Below are positions 48,548-62,062 of a stretch of DNA of 64,000 bases, one piece after another. A program made the translations under genes and the position numbers. The notes beneath the pieces were generated by a model. That model ran no database searches. It was given only the letters and a program-made list of their open reading frames with translations, and had not been told where the DNA came from. Source of the stretch: an uncultured Actinomycetes bacterium (lineage in GTDB: Bacteria > Actinomycetota > Thermoleophilia > Solirubrobacterales > Solirubrobacteraceae). The DNA is taken from assembly GCA_963846075.1 (NCBI GenBank), contig CAWJUS010000009.1:85534-149533 (forward strand), read 5' to 3'. Every line of letters begins with the position of its first letter. The first letter of the stretch is position 1.

Positions 48548-49844
48548 CTACGACGCGCGCTCCACCATCCCGGCGCCGACGGTGTCGCCGGTCGCCTCGT
48601 CGATCAGGATGAAGCTCCCCGTGGCCCGGTTGCCGACGTAGGAATCGACGATGACCGGGGCGCTGGTGCGCAGATGCACGCGTCCGATCTCGTTCAGAGC
48701 CAGGTGCTCGGCGGACTCCTCGGCAAGCGAGTTGACGTCGACTCGGTGGTCGAGAGTTTGCACGATCGCCCGGGCACTGTGAGTCGTTTGCTTGAGCGCG
48801 TAGCGTCCCCCGGCGCGCAAAGGTCGCTCGCTCATCCAGCACACCGTTGCCTCTAGCTCGCGAGCCGCCGTCGGCGGTTCTCCGGGGTGGACGAGCATGT
48901 CGCCTCGCGAGATGTCGATGTGGTCCGCCAGACGAAGCGTTACGGACATCGGGGGAAAGGCCATCTGGAGCTCGTGCTCGAAGGCTTCGATCGCCTCGAC
49001 GCGCGTCCGTTGGCCGCCGGGCAGCACGAGCACCTCGTCTCCGGGGCGGAGGATCCCGCCTGCCAGCTGGCCCGCGTATCCCCGGTAGTCGGGGTGGGTC
49101 TCGGAGGTCGGGCGGATCACCCACTGGACCGGAAAGCGCAGTTCGGTCAGGTTGCGTCCGGGGGCGATCACGATGTGCTCCAGGTGGTAGAGCAGCGGCG
49201 GTCCTTCGTACCAGGCCATGTTCCCCGAGCGCTCGACGACGTTGTCGCCGTTGAGCGCGGAGATCGGGATGAAGGTGACGTCCGGTAGGCCGAGGCGAGC
49301 GGTCCAGTCCGTCAACTCCTCCACGATCCGATCGAAAACCGCTTCGTCGTGATCGACCATGTCCATCTTGTTCACGCACACCACCACGTGCGGGATCCGC
49401 AGCAGCGAGGCGATGTACAGGTGGCGGCGTGTCTGCTCCGTCAGGGCCCATGCGGGCATCGACGAGGACCACCGAGAGCTCGGCGGTCGAGGCGCCCGTC
49501 ACCATGTTGCGGGTGTACTGCTCGTGGCCGGGGGTGTCGGCGATGATGAACTTGCGGCGCGGTGTGGCGAAGTAGCGATACGCGACGTCGATGGTGATCC
49601 CCTGCTCGCGCTCGGCGCGCAGACCGTCGGTGAGCAGGGCCAGGTTGACGTAGCCGTCGCCGCGTCGCTCCGAGGTGCGCACGACGTGCTCCAGCTGGTC
49701 CTCGAGGATCGCCTTGGAGTCGTGCAGGAGGCGGCCGATCAAGGTGGACTTGCCGTCATCGACCGAGCCGGCGGTCGCCAAGCGGAGCAGCTCGCTCGTG
49801 CGGGAGTGGGCAAGATGCCCGTTGGTCGCCGCGCCCGGCGCCAT
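48548..49844 (-). CDS. cysN: Sulfate adenylyltransferase subunit 1; frameshift near 49450; no APS kinase domain
   Basis: [29 protein letters not shown]; continues [20 protein letters not shown]. Confidence 0.93.
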
Positions 49845-50758
49845 CAGAAGTATCCCTCCCGTTTGCGGTCCTCCATCGCCGCCTCCGTCACGCGATCGTC
49901 GGCGCGCGTCTCGCCGCGCTCGGTGATGCGAGTGGCGGCGATTTCGGCGACCACCGCTTCCAACGTCGACGCCCGCGAGCGCACGGCACCGGTGCACGTC
50001 ATGTCGCCCACGGTCCTGTAGCGGACGGAGGCATCGAAGGTCTCCTCCCCGTCGATCAGCGGCACGTAGGGGTTCGCGGCGTAGAGCATCCCGTCCCGCT
50101 CGAACACCTGACGGGTGTGCGCGAAGTAGATCGCGGGCACCTCGAGGCGCTCCTGGGCGATGTACTGCCAGACGTCGAGCTCCGTCCAGTTCGAAAGCGG
50201 GAACACGCGCACGTGCTCGCCGCGCCGGACGCGGCCGTTGTAGAGGTTCCACAGCTCCGGTCGCTGGCGCTTGGGGTCCCACTGGCCGAAGTCGTCGCGA
50301 AACGAGAAAACCCGCTCCTTGGCACGTGCACGCTCCTCGTCCCGGCGGGCGCCACCGAATGCGGCGTCAAAGCCGTGCTCGGCGATCGTGTCCAGCAGCG
50401 TGACCGTCTGCAGCCGGTTGCGGGAGGCCCGGGGGCCGGTCTCCTCCGCGACGCGTCCGGCGTCGATCGAATCCTGGACACTGGCCACGATCAGCCGCTC
50501 GCCGAGCCGGGAGATCAGCCGATCGCGGAACTCCATCACCTCGGGGAAGTTGTGGCCGGTGTCGACGTGCATCACCGGAAACGGGAAGCGGCCCGGGCGA
50601 AACGCCTTCTCCGCAAGCCGCAGCAGCACCAGCGAGTCCTTGCCGCCGGAGAACAGCAGCACCGGCCGCTCGAGCTCGGCCGCTACCTCGCGGAAGATGT
50701 GGATGGCCTCTGACTCGAGCTCATCCACGTGTGAGAGCTCGTACGTGAGCGGGTTCAT
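49844..50758 (-). CDS. cysD: Sulfate adenylyltransferase subunit 2
   Basis: [39 protein letters not shown]. Confidence 0.97.
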   Translation of the reverse strand: MNPLTYELSHVDELESEAIHIFREVAAELERPVLLFSGGKDSLVLLRLAEKAFRPGRFPFPVMHVDTGHNFPEVMEFRDRLISRLGERLIVASVQDSIDAGRVAEETGPRASRNRLQTVTLLDTIAEHGFDAAFGGARRDEERARAKERVFSFRDDFGQWDPKRQRPELWNLYNGRVRRGEHVRVFPLSNWTELDVWQYIAQERLEVPAIYFAHTRQVFERDGMLYAANPYVPLIDGEETFDASVRYRTVGDMTCTGAVRSRASTLEAVVAEIAATRITERGETRADDRVTEAAMEDRKREGYF

Positions 50759-50842
50759 CGTGCTCCTCCTCCGGCCGTCCAGGCCGGCAGTTCGATCCGC
50801 TCGTTCGGCATTTCGGTCGCTAGTGGGTCGCGCTTATCGCGC

Positions 50843-51469
50843 TCAGAGATGAATGCCGCACTCGGTCTTGTCCTGCCCTGCCCAGCGGCCGTCGCGACCC
50901 TGTCCGGGCCGGGTGCAAGGTGCGCACCCGATCGAGCTGTACCCCTGGTCGTGCAGCGGGTGATACGGCAGCCCGTGCAGCGAGATGTAGTCCCAGACGT
51001 CCTTCTCCGACCAGTCCACCAGGGGGTTGAGCTTCCAGATCCCACGCCGGGAGTCCTGTTCGACCTTGGGCGCGGCAGCGCGTGTCGGCGCCTGCTCACG
51101 GCGGACGCCCGTGATCCAGGCATCGACGTCCGAGAGGGCGCGCTCGAGCGCGGCGACCTTGGCCTGGCCGCAGCAATGGCTCGCGGTCCAAGAACCGTTT
51201 GTGCTGCGGGCGTCCACGGCTTCGATCCGCATACCGAAGCGGTCCTCGAACGCCCTCCACGTCTCGAGTGTCTCCGGGAACAGGACGCCCGTGTCGATCA
51301 CGAACACCCGCGCCGTCGGCTCGCGCTCGGCCAGCATGTGGACAAGTACCGACTCCTCCTTCTGGAACGAGCAGGCCAGCGTCAGGCGCGGATGAAAACG
51401 CTCGATGGCATAGCTCAAGACCTCCTCGGCCGAAGCTGTGTCTGGTAGATCGGGGGCAGTGATGGCCAT
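50843..51469 (-). CDS. cysH: APS/PAPS reductase, Fe-S (CC...CxxC) type
   Basis: IDTG, HCCG, SIGCAPCT, GRW, C-terminal ECGIH. Confidence 0.92.
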   Translation of the reverse strand: MAITAPDLPDTASAEEVLSYAIERFHPRLTLACSFQKEESVLVHMLAEREPTARVFVIDTGVLFPETLETWRAFEDRFGMRIEAVDARSTNGSWTASHCCGQAKVAALERALSDVDAWITGVRREQAPTRAAAPKVEQDSRRGIWKLNPLVDWSEKDVWDYISLHGLPYHPLHDQGYSSIGCAPCTRPGQGRDGRWAGQDKTECGIHL

Positions 51470-51487
51470 GACTCTAGTGTGCGTCTC

Positions 51488-53365
51488 TCAGACCGCGCAT
51501 TCGCCCTCGCCGCGAATCACTTCGAACGGCCCGGACCGCTCCCAGTCGATGAAGTAGTTCATGTTCTCGAGGGTGAACTCGACCGGCATCGTCAGGTCCT
51601 TTACGCGTGACTCGAACTCTTGCGGGCCGACCCGATCGACGAACGCGTTGAACTCCTCGTCCGCATTGCGCTCGGACTCGTAGTAGCGGACCCACCGCTC
51701 CACCGCCTCCGGTATCCGCTTTGCGGGCAGGCGGGCCTTCAGTCGCTGGCCGTAGCGCACGTCGCCGCCCTCATAGGCGCCGCCAATGTGCGGGATGTAG
51801 GCGGGGATCGTGTGATCGCCGACCTTGATCGAGGCGCCGTAGAAGCCGATGTTCGCGATGTGGTGCTGCCCGCAGCCGTTGGGGCAACCGGACATCTTTA
51901 CGTGTATCCGGCGCGTCAGCTCGTCCTCGAGATGCATCTGCACGAGCCGGTCGTGAATCGCCTCGTTGAGCCCCATCGAGCTGGTGATACCGAGCTTGCA
52001 GGAGTCGGTCCCCGGGCAGCTGACGACGTCCGTGATCTCGTCGGCGCCGGCGTCGGCGAGCCCGAGCTCGTCAAGGCGCGTCCAGACCTCATAGATCGAC
52101 TCGTCCCTGACCCAGCGCAACACGAGGTTCTGGTGGACGGTCGTACGAGCGTAGCCGCCGGTGTATTCGCGCATCACCCGCGCCAGCCCGCGGAATTGAT
52201 CCGGGGTCAGATCGCCGCGGGGGACCTTGACCTCGACCGTCGAGAAGCCATCCTGCCGCTGCGCCATGACGTTGGTCGCGACGAAATGGTCGAACTCCTT
52301 CAGGTCGCCGTTCGGGCTCGCGCTCGACTGGGGCTTCGGCGGCGCCTCCTGCTGCTCCTCGTCTTCGAACAGCAGCGGGGCCAGCGAGAAGTCGCGCTCG
52401 GAGACCCAGTCACCCTCGAGCTCCTCCTCCACCTGCTCACGGAAGGCGTCGATGCCGATCTTGTCGACCAGGACCTTGATCCGCGCCCGCGCCCTATTGG
52501 CGCGCAGCCACTCCTGGCGGTCGAAGATTCGCATGCAGGCCTCGGTGACCTTCAGGTAGTCGCCGTTGTCGAGCTCCACGAACTCGTACAGCGTCGGCGC
52601 CAGCCGGGGCATGATCGAGGTCCCGCCGCCGACGCGGACCTCGACCCCGCGCACGCCGTCCCGGAGGCGAGGGATGAAGGCCACGTCGTGGATGCGGGTG
52701 ATCGCGTTGTCCTCGTCCGTTGCGGCGAACGCGGTCTTGACCTTGCGTGGCATGGCCTGCGTCGTCGGATGGCGGACGAAGTAGCGCACGTATGCCCCCG
52801 CATACGGCGTGACGTCGAACAGCTCCCCGGGTAGCACGCCCGCCCGCGGATCGCCGGTGACGTTGCGCATCGTGTTCCCGCATCCCTCGCGGCTTGACAG
52901 GCCGGCCTCGCCCAGGTCGCGGATCAGCTTGGCGGCGTCCGGCAGCGGCACGTGGTGCATCTGGATGTTCTGCCGGGTCGTTATGTGGCCCTTGCGCAGC
53001 GGGACGTACTCCTCGATCCCGGCGGCGAACGCGTCGAGCTGGTCCGGGGTGACGCCACCGAACGGGAGCTTGACCCTGACCATCTGGACGTCGGGCTGGC
53101 GCTGGCCGTAGACGCCCTGCTTGAGGCGGAACTTGATGAACTCGTCGCCCTCGAGCTCGCCCTTCAGAAAGCGCGTGGACTCGGTGTCGAAGTCGTCGAA
53201 CTCTCGCTCCAGCACCGGGATGATGTGCCCAGGGACGTCCCTGAGCACTTCGGGGCGCTCGAGCGAGCCCTCCCGGCCGTGGTGAGCGCCCAGCCAGCCG
53301 CCGGGGCCACGGTCCTGGTCTGCCGCGCGATCGGCAGTGGGGCTGTCGAGTGATGCGGGCTCCAT
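51488..53365 (-). CDS. Sulfite/nitrite reductase hemoprotein
   Basis: RLKQGVYGQRQ, TTRQNIQ, MPRKVK, CPGTDSC...SGCPNGC siroheme/Fe-S cysteines; heads the cys operon; AAGGA SD before ATG 53365. Confidence 0.92.
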   Translation of the reverse strand: MEPASLDSPTADRAADQDRGPGGWLGAHHGREGSLERPEVLRDVPGHIIPVLEREFDDFDTESTRFLKGELEGDEFIKFRLKQGVYGQRQPDVQMVRVKLPFGGVTPDQLDAFAAGIEEYVPLRKGHITTRQNIQMHHVPLPDAAKLIRDLGEAGLSSREGCGNTMRNVTGDPRAGVLPGELFDVTPYAGAYVRYFVRHPTTQAMPRKVKTAFAATDEDNAITRIHDVAFIPRLRDGVRGVEVRVGGGTSIMPRLAPTLYEFVELDNGDYLKVTEACMRIFDRQEWLRANRARARIKVLVDKIGIDAFREQVEEELEGDWVSERDFSLAPLLFEDEEQQEAPPKPQSSASPNGDLKEFDHFVATNVMAQRQDGFSTVEVKVPRGDLTPDQFRGLARVMREYTGGYARTTVHQNLVLRWVRDESIYEVWTRLDELGLADAGADEITDVVSCPGTDSCKLGITSSMGLNEAIHDRLVQMHLEDELTRRIHVKMSGCPNGCGQHHIANIGFYGASIKVGDHTIPAYIPHIGGAYEGGDVRYGQRLKARLPAKRIPEAVERWVRYYESERNADEEFNAFVDRVGPQEFESRVKDLTMPVEFTLENMNYFIDWERSGPFEVIRGEGECAV

Positions 53366-53580
53366 TGACGTTCCTTTTCGCTCGGGAAGTGAAAGGCAGT
53401 CGTCCGGCCTAGGACGCCGCGCTCGTACCGAGCATAGAAATGTACCAAAAGGCAATCCGTTTATAGGGATTTATCGGTGGCTGCAGGGGCTTTCTAGTTC
53501 TAGGGTCACCGCACCCGCGTTCGTGCCGCCCCGCGGCTCGGTGCGCGGCGCGAGCGCTCAGTCCCGCGGCGCGGGAAGGC

Positions 53581-53784
53581 TCACTCCCAGGGCGCGGAAG
53601 GGCTGGGCGCTCGGCTCACGCCTTCGTGCAGCGCCGCCTGCCGCCACGGATCGAGACGAGAAGCCGTCGGGGCCGGCGGGGGAGCCGTCTCGCGCATGAA
53701 TCGCTCGAGCGCGGCGACCACCGCGGCGGCCTCCTCGGGAGAGGCGCCGGGGGCGACGATGCTCAGCTGCGGCCTGCGGTTCAT
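53581..53784 (-). CDS. Acyl-CoA carboxylase epsilon-like subunit
   Basis: 67 aa, SPEEAAAVVAAL...PWRQAAL, typical of AccE/PccE; lies between the alpha and beta genes. Confidence 0.7.
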   Translation of the reverse strand: MNRRPQLSIVAPGASPEEAAAVVAALERFMRETAPPPAPTASRLDPWRQAALHEGVSRAPSPSAPWE

Positions 53785-53802
53785 GGCCGGTACGAGGCTA
53801 TC

Positions 53803-54763
53803 GTGCCCAATCCGGTGCCCGACCTGCCGGTCCTCCATTACGACGCCGTGCTCACAGCGGTGACGCCCATGGCGGCGATTGAGCGCGTACGAGCGGCGCT
53901 GGTCCGATTCCACGCCGGCGAGTGGGTGATGCCGCCGAAGATCTATCTCCAAAGCCCGCCGTTCGGAGACTTCCGGGCCATGCCGGCTCGGGGAGAGGGA
54001 CTGGCCCTGCTCAAGTGGGTGACGTCGTTCCCGGGTAATCCGGCGCGCGGCCTACCCACTGTGACCGGGGTGATCTGTCTCTCGGACGCGGAGAGCGGCG
54101 AGCCCGTGATGCTGCTCGACGCCAGATCTGTGACCGCGCTTCGGACGGGTGCAGTGGCGGCGGTGGCCACCGCGGCCCTTGCCAGGGCAGATGCACGCTC
54201 GGTGGGCGTCATCGGCTGCGGGCTGCACGGGGCCTGGGCGGCTCGCTGCCTGAAGGCGGCGGGCTACGGACCCGGAGTCTGCAACGACCCCCGCGACGAG
54301 GCGGCCGTGGCGCTGGCGGCCGAGCTCGGCTGGGATGTCGGATCGCGCGAGCAGGCAGTGCTGTGCGACGCCGTGTGCTGCGTGACACCAGGCGCCTCGG
54401 TGGTAATCGACGCTGGAGACCTGCGCGCCGGCCTTCACCTCAACATGCTTGGCGCCGACGGCCCGGGCAAGGCAGAGGCCACTCCGGGTGCGGTGGCTTC
54501 ATGCCGGCTGTTCTGCGACGAGTGGGAGCAGGCCTCCCACGGCGGAGAGCTGACCGAGTCGGTCCAGGCCGGCCTGGTCACACGCGAGCGGGTCACCGAG
54601 CTCGGCGCGGTGCTCGCTGGCGGAGGCGCGGGGTCGGCCCGGACCCGAGGCGGTGACGCTGTTCGACTCCACCGGGCTGGCGATTCAGGACCTGGCGGTC
54701 GCCGCCGCGGCGCTTGAGGCCTGGCGGGAGGGGCGCGTCGAGGCGCAGACGGTTGTGCTCTGA
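53803..54763 (+). CDS. Ornithine cyclodeaminase/mu-crystallin family; frameshift near 54640
   Basis: MPPK, KWVTSFPGN, TALRTGA, IGCGLHG, GADGPGKAE; FDSTGLAIQD in a shifted frame. Confidence 0.88.
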
Positions 54764-54799
54764 CGGCCTACGCGCCGGCAAGCGGCCCCGGGGGCTCCC

Positions 54800-56398
54800 T
54801 TACAGCGGGATGTTCCCGTGCTTGCGCCTGGGGCCCGGTTCGCGCTTGGTCTGCAGCGTCTCCAGCGCCGTGATGATCTTCGGGCGCGTCTCGTGCGGGA
54901 CGATCACGTCGTCGATGTAGCCACGTTCGGCCGCCACGAAGGGATTGGCGAAATGCGCCTTGTAGTCATTGATCAGCTTCTGGCGGCGTTCGTCGGGCGT
55001 GGGTGAGGAGTTGATGTCGCGGCGATAGATGATGTTGACCGCCCCCTCGGGCCCCATCACCGCAACCTCGGCGCTCGGCCAGGCGAAGTTGAAGTCCGCG
55101 AGCATGTGCTTTGAGGCCATGACGTCATAGGCGCCGCCGTACGCCTTGCGCGTGATGATCGTGATCTTGGGCACGGTGGCCTCGGTGTAGGCGTAGAGCA
55201 GCTTGGCGCCATGGCGGATGATGCCTCCCCACTCCTGGTTGGTGCCGGGCAGGAAGCCGGGTACGTCGCAGAACGTGATCAGCGGGATGTTGAACGCGTC
55301 ACAGGTGCGGACGAAGCGCCCGGCCTTGCAGGAAGAGTCGATGTCCAGCACGCCCGCGAGCTGCGCCGGCTGGTTGCCGACGATCCCTACCGAGTAACCG
55401 TTCATCCGGGCGAAGCCACAGATGATGTTGCGGGCGTAGTGCTCGTGCACCTCGAAAAATTCACCGTCGTCGACGATCAGCCTGACCACGTCGCGCATGT
55501 CGTAAGGCTTGTTCGGATTGTCGGGCACGACACGATCCAGGTCGGGGTCCGCGCGCAGCGGATCGTCGGTGGGCTGCACGCGCGGCGCCGTGTCCAGGTT
55601 GTTCTGCGGTAGGAACGACAGCAGGTAGCGCGTGTCCTCCAGGCACTGGTCCTCGTCGTCGCAGGCGAAGTGGGCGACGCCCGACTTGGTGTTGTGTGAC
55701 ATCGCGCCGCCGAGATCCTCGAAGCCCACCTCCTCGCCCGTCACGGCCTTGATCACATCGGGGCCCGTGATGAACATGTGCGAGGTCTCCTTGACCATGA
55801 AGACGAAGTCCGTCATCGCCGGCGAGTACACGGCGCCGCCCGCGCAAGGACCCATGATCAGGCTGATCTGGGGGATCACCCCTGAGCACTTGACGTTGCG
55901 CACGAACACGTCGCCGTAGGCGCCGAGGGAGACGACCCCCTCCTGGATCCGCGCGCCGCCGGAGTCGTTGATGCCGATCACGGGGCAGCCGATCCTGGCC
56001 GCCAGGTCCATGATCTTGCACATCTTCTCGCCCATCACCTCGCCCAGCGAGCCACCGAACACCGTGAAGTCCTGGCTGAATACGCACACGCGGCGGCCGT
56101 CGATCGTCCCGTGTCCCGTGACCACCGCGTCGCCCCACGGGCGGTTCTTCTGCATGTCGAACTCGTAGGTCCGGTGGCGCACGAAGGTGTCGAGCTCCTG
56201 GAAGGAGCCGGGATCGAGCAGCTTCTCGACGCGCTCCCGCGCGGTGTACTTGCCGCGCTCGTGCTGCTTTGCGACGGCCGACTCGGAACCCGCGTGGATG
56301 GCCTCGTCGCGGATCTCCTTGAGCTGGGCGAGCTTCTCCTCGTAAGTCTCTGGTGCCTTCTCGCGCATGGGGTCAGCGAGTCTATCCGTGCGCGTCAC
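54800..56398 (-). CDS. pccB: Acyl-CoA (propionyl-CoA) carboxylase beta subunit
   Basis: [51 protein letters not shown]. Confidence 0.93.
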   Translation of the reverse strand: MTRTDRLADPMREKAPETYEEKLAQLKEIRDEAIHAGSESAVAKQHERGKYTARERVEKLLDPGSFQELDTFVRHRTYEFDMQKNRPWGDAVVTGHGTIDGRRVCVFSQDFTVFGGSLGEVMGEKMCKIMDLAARIGCPVIGINDSGGARIQEGVVSLGAYGDVFVRNVKCSGVIPQISLIMGPCAGGAVYSPAMTDFVFMVKETSHMFITGPDVIKAVTGEEVGFEDLGGAMSHNTKSGVAHFACDDEDQCLEDTRYLLSFLPQNNLDTAPRVQPTDDPLRADPDLDRVVPDNPNKPYDMRDVVRLIVDDGEFFEVHEHYARNIICGFARMNGYSVGIVGNQPAQLAGVLDIDSSCKAGRFVRTCDAFNIPLITFCDVPGFLPGTNQEWGGIIRHGAKLLYAYTEATVPKITIITRKAYGGAYDVMASKHMLADFNFAWPSAEVAVMGPEGAVNIIYRRDINSSPTPDERRQKLINDYKAHFANPFVAAERGYIDDVIVPHETRPKIITALETLQTKREPGPRRKHGNIPL

Positions 56399-56436
56399 GC
56401 CAGCACGGGCGGCGCCCGACGCGCGTCAGCCCGAGG

Positions 56437-56973
56437 CTACGATCGCGAGAACGGCCGGTGGTGCGCCTTGCCCAGACTCTCGAGCGCGGCGGCCAGCGCG
56501 TCAGTGGCCTCGCTGGTCTCCTCAACGGGTGCAGGATCCGGGTCCGCTGCCAGCGATTCTGGTTCCGCGGGGCCAGCCTCCGGCTAGGGCTTGTGTGACT
56601 CCGTGCTGAAGCGGCGCAACAGACGAGCCAGGAACGTGGCTGGGCGTCCCGTTGGCCGCGCGCCCGCAGGTCCACCGTGCGCGTGCGGGAGAGCCGAGGC
56701 GGCCGGGGGGACCTCAGGTGCGGCCGGTTCTTCCTCGGCTCCCGCTCTCGCCGTCAACGTCACGCGTGTGCCCCATCCAGCGGGCTCGAGCCTCACCGTG
56801 CCGCTCCCACGCTCGCCCTCCCAGGCGACGGTGTTCTCTGGCTCGAGCCGCGTGATGCGGATTTCTCCAAAGAAGGTGTCCAGATGACGCGTCAGCGACT
56901 GCGGGTCGCTGCATTCCGCCCACAGCTCCGGTGGGGACTTCAACAAGGTCCGGCTGGCTGACTGGTCGCTCAT
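56437..56973 (-). CDS. Hypothetical SRPBCC-like protein; in-frame TAG at 56584-86
   Basis: MSDQSASRTLLKSPPELWAE...GWGTRVTL; the frame continues after TAG for 48 sense codons to LESLGKAHHRPFSRS*. Confidence 0.6.
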
Positions 56974-57098
56974 GGTCGAGAACTTCGCGCGCGCTTTCGC
57001 GAGTCCTTCCGGAGCCCGCCGCCTTGCATCTAGGAGAGGCGGGGCGAAAAACGTGACCCCTTGCGTCGTTTCTCGCCCAGCCTCGGACATAGGGCAAG

Positions 57099-58106
57099 AT
57101 GAACCCCATAAGGAATCGCAAACTTGGCAAGGACGGGCCCGTCGTCTCGGCGCTGAGCCTGGGCTGCATGGGCATGTCCGGGATGTATGGACCTGCGGAG
57201 CGGGCTGAGAGCATCGCCACAATCCACGCCGCACTCGACGCGGGCATCAATCTGCTCGATACCGGCGACTTCTACGGCATGGGACATAACGAGCTGCTGG
57301 TCGCCGACGCACTGCGCGGCCACCAGCGCGCCGACGAGATCCTGATCAGCGTGAAGTTCGGAGCCCAGCGAGGGCCCGACGGAAGCTGGCTCGGCTACGA
57401 CGCTCGGCCCGAAGCGGTCAAGACGGCGCTGGCCTACTCGCTCCAGCGCCTGCGCAGGGACCACATCGACGTCTACCGGCCCGCCCGTCTCGATCCGGCC
57501 GTCCCGATCGAGGAGACGGTCGGCGCGATCGCCGAGATGGTGCAGGCGGGATACGTCCGCAACATCGGGCTGAGCGAGCTCGGCGCCGAGACGATCCGCC
57601 GTGCCGCAGCCGTCCATCCCATCTGCGACCTGCAGATCGAGTACTCCCTCGTCTCCCGCGGGATCGAGTCGAGGATCCTGCCGACCTGCCGCGAGCTGGG
57701 GATCGCCATCACGGCCTACGGCGTGCTCTCGCGCGGGCTGATCGGCGGGCGCTATTCGCCCGAGCGCCAGGGACCAGGGGACATCCGCTCCCGGATGCCG
57801 CGCTTCGACGCCGAGAACTTGGGCCACAACCTCGGGCTCGTCGATCGCCTGCGGGAGGTCGCCAAGGCCAGAGGGGCAAGCGTTGCCCAGGTGGCGATCG
57901 CTTGGGTGCTTTCGCGGGGAGAGGACATCGTGCCCCTGATCGGCGCCCGCACCCGCGAGCAGCTCGAGGACGCGGTCGGCGCGCTGGAGCTGGAGCTCGA
58001 TTCAGACGAACTGGAGCGCATCCAGCAGGCCGTGCCGGCGGATGCCGTCGCGGGCGAACGCTACGGCGCACCGCAGATGGCGCACCTCGACAGCGAGCGG
58101 GCGTAG
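57099..58106 (+). CDS. Aldo/keto reductase
   Basis: LGCMGMS, DTGDFYG, VKFG, IGLSE, LQIEYSL, AYGVLSRG. Confidence 0.93.
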   Translation: MNPIRNRKLGKDGPVVSALSLGCMGMSGMYGPAERAESIATIHAALDAGINLLDTGDFYGMGHNELLVADALRGHQRADEILISVKFGAQRGPDGSWLGYDARPEAVKTALAYSLQRLRRDHIDVYRPARLDPAVPIEETVGAIAEMVQAGYVRNIGLSELGAETIRRAAAVHPICDLQIEYSLVSRGIESRILPTCRELGIAITAYGVLSRGLIGGRYSPERQGPGDIRSRMPRFDAENLGHNLGLVDRLREVAKARGASVAQVAIAWVLSRGEDIVPLIGARTREQLEDAVGALELELDSDELERIQQAVPADAVAGERYGAPQMAHLDSERA

Positions 58107-58123
58107 CCCGCCCCGCGCTACAG

Positions 58124-58704
58124 CTAGCGCTCCTCGGCCACCACGATCACGCCACTCGGGGCGTCGAGCAGCTCCACGGTTCGCCGCGCCGCCTCCTCCA
58201 CGTGGATCCGCGGATGGTCGGGGACGCGGTCGCCGCCATACGTACCGGGCCCATAGAAGGTTCCGTACTCGAGCACGACGCCGCCCGCGTCCAGCACGAG
58301 CCGTTCGTGTTCCTCTACCGCCTCTCCCCCGGCCGGCGGGCGCCAGGCGATGCTCTGCGCTATCAGGCGATCGGCACCTGCGGCGTTCATTGCGGCGATC
58401 AGGTTGCGCGTGCCCTCAGTGCGCATCCGGTTGTTTCGGTCCCGGTAGGCGGTGATCTCCTCAGCGGTGTCAGGAAGGTCGGTTAGCTGGTGCATCATCA
58501 ACTCGGTGCGGAATGCCGTGACCTGCCCGGTCAGTGCGGCCTCGTCGTAGACGTCGCAGACGACTGGCTCGGCGCCCAGCGCGCGCAGCTGCTGCGCCTT
58601 GTCAGGCGAGCGGGTCATGCCCGCCACCTGATGACCCGCGGTCACCAGCAGCGAAATCAGGCGGACCCCGATCACGCCGCTGGCACCGGCGAGGAAGATG
58701 CGCA

Positions 58705-58705
<1 letters not shown>
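58124..58705 (-). CDS. NAD-dependent epimerase/dehydratase-family protein
   Basis: IFLAGASGVIG, HQLTDLP, RTEGTRNL, YGPGT; TGATG overlap with the mutase gene. Confidence 0.85.
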
Positions 58706-60327
<1,622 letters not shown>

Positions 60328-60350
60328 GGCTGGAGGTTACCCGCGCGCCT

Positions 60351-61112
60351 TCACAGGACCTTGGCCAGGAACGACTTCGTGCGCTCGTGGCCGGGGTGCT
60401 CCAGCACCTGGCGGGGCGAGCCCGACTCCACGACCACGCCGTCGTCCATGAACGCCGCCGTGTCGGCGACCTCCCGAGCGAACCCGAGCTCGTGAGTGAC
60501 CACGATCATCGTCATCCCGTCCCGGGCCAGCTCTCGCATCGCGTCGAGTACCTCTCCCACCAGCTCCGGGTCGAGCGCGGAGGTTGGCTCGTCGAACAGC
60601 ATCAGCTTGGGCTGCATCGCCAGCGCCCTGGCGATTGCAACGCGCTGCTGCTGGCCGCCTGACAGCGCTACCGGATAGGTGTCGAGCTTATCCTCGAGTC
60701 CTACCCGCGCCAGCAGCTCGCTGCCCCGGCCCTGGGCCTCGGCGCGGGCGATCCCCGCGACCTTGGTCGGCGCCAGGGTGACGTTCTCGAGCGCCGTCAT
60801 GTGCGGGAAGAGGTTGAAGTGTTGAGAGACCACGCCGATCTCCGCGCGCTTGCGCGACACCTCCCGTTCGTGCAGCTCGTGCAGCTTGCCGCCCGCTTCA
60901 CGGTAGCCGACCAGCTCGCCGTCCACCGACAAGCGCCCGGCGTTGATCTTCTCCAGATGGTTGATGCAGCGCAGGAACGTCGACTTGCCCGAGCCCGACG
61001 GGCCGAGCAGGCACATAACATCTCCCGTCTGTACCTCGAGATCGATGCCTTTGAGCACCTCGAGCCGCCCAAAGCGTTTGTGGACGCCCTCGGCCTTGAC
61101 CATGGCGGTCAC
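60351..61112 (-). CDS. Polar amino-acid ABC transporter ATP-binding protein
   Basis: [35 protein letters not shown]. Confidence 0.95.
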   Translation of the reverse strand: MTAMVKAEGVHKRFGRLEVLKGIDLEVQTGDVMCLLGPSGSGKSTFLRCINHLEKINAGRLSVDGELVGYREAGGKLHELHEREVSRKRAEIGVVSQHFNLFPHMTALENVTLAPTKVAGIARAEAQGRGSELLARVGLEDKLDTYPVALSGGQQQRVAIARALAMQPKLMLFDEPTSALDPELVGEVLDAMRELARDGMTMIVVTHELGFAREVADTAAFMDDGVVVESGSPRQVLEHPGHERTKSFLAKVL

Positions 61113-61134
61113 CGCGTCCGCCCCCTCGCCACAC

Positions 61135-61998
61135 TCACCGCGCCAGAGCTCCTCGGCTTAGCCCCAGCCAGCGGCTGAGCATCGAGGCCTGCTCCGCGCG
61201 CGAGAAGCCTCGCCCGAACCGCCGCTCGATGTAGTGTTGCCCCACGTACAGGACGCTGGTCAGCACCAGGTACCAGATGCTGGCGACGATCAGCAGCGGG
61301 ATCGTCTGGAAGTTGACGTTGTAGATCTGCGTCACCGAGTAGAGCAGCTCGGTATAGGACGCCACGTAAAGCAGCGAGGTGTTCTTGAGCATCGAGATCG
61401 TCTCGTTGCCCGTGGGCGGGATGATCACCCGCATAGCTTGGGGCAGGACGATCAGCCGCATGATCTGAAGCCGGCTCATGCCGAGCGACTGGGCCGCGTC
61501 GGTCTGGCCCTCGTCGACGGAGATGATCCCCGCCCGCACGATCTCGGACATGTAGGCGCCCTCGTTGAGCCCGAGAGACAGCAGCGCCGCAAGCAACGGC
61601 GTGACGAGCGCGTTGGCCGGCTCGTGCACCAGTGCGGGCCCGAAGGGGATGCCCAGCGAGAGCACCGGGAACAGCGACGCGATGTTGTACCAGAACAGAA
61701 CCTGCACCAAGAGCGGCGTGCCGCGGAAGAACCAGATGTAGAGCCAGCTCGCGGTGCGCAGGATCGGATTGGGCGAGAGCCGCATCACGGCCGCCACCAC
61801 ACCCAGCACGATCCCGATCACCATGCACAGCGCGGTCAGGTAGATGGTCGTCAGCACTCCGTGCATCACGCGCGAGTCGAACAGGTAGTGGCCGACGATA
61901 TGCCAACCGAACCCCTTGGCGGTGACCACGGACCGAACACCCGCAGCGGCAAACAGCAGCACGATGGCCGCCGCGATCCACCGCCCGGGGCGGCGCAC
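61135..61998 (-). CDS. Polar amino-acid ABC transporter permease (start may lie slightly upstream)
   Basis: [40 protein letters not shown]. Confidence 0.93.
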   Translation of the reverse strand: MRRPGRWIAAAIVLLFAAAGVRSVVTAKGFGWHIVGHYLFDSRVMHGVLTTIYLTALCMVIGIVLGVVAAVMRLSPNPILRTASWLYIWFFRGTPLLVQVLFWYNIASLFPVLSLGIPFGPALVHEPANALVTPLLAALLSLGLNEGAYMSEIVRAGIISVDEGQTDAAQSLGMSRLQIMRLIVLPQAMRVIIPPTGNETISMLKNTSLLYVASYTELLYSVTQIYNVNFQTIPLLIVASIWYLVLTSVLYVGQHYIERRFGRGFSRAEQASMLSRWLGLSRGALAR

Positions 61999-62062
61999 CG
62001 GGACGGCCTTGATTTCCTCCGCTCGCCCTTCGCCAGGGCGCGGCGAGAGGCTGTCGGGGCCG

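Noticed and set aside
48510-50282. 590-aa ORF overlapping cysD and cysN
   Set aside because: A chimera of an off-frame cysD segment, the true CysN N-terminus and an off-frame tail after the indel near 49450.
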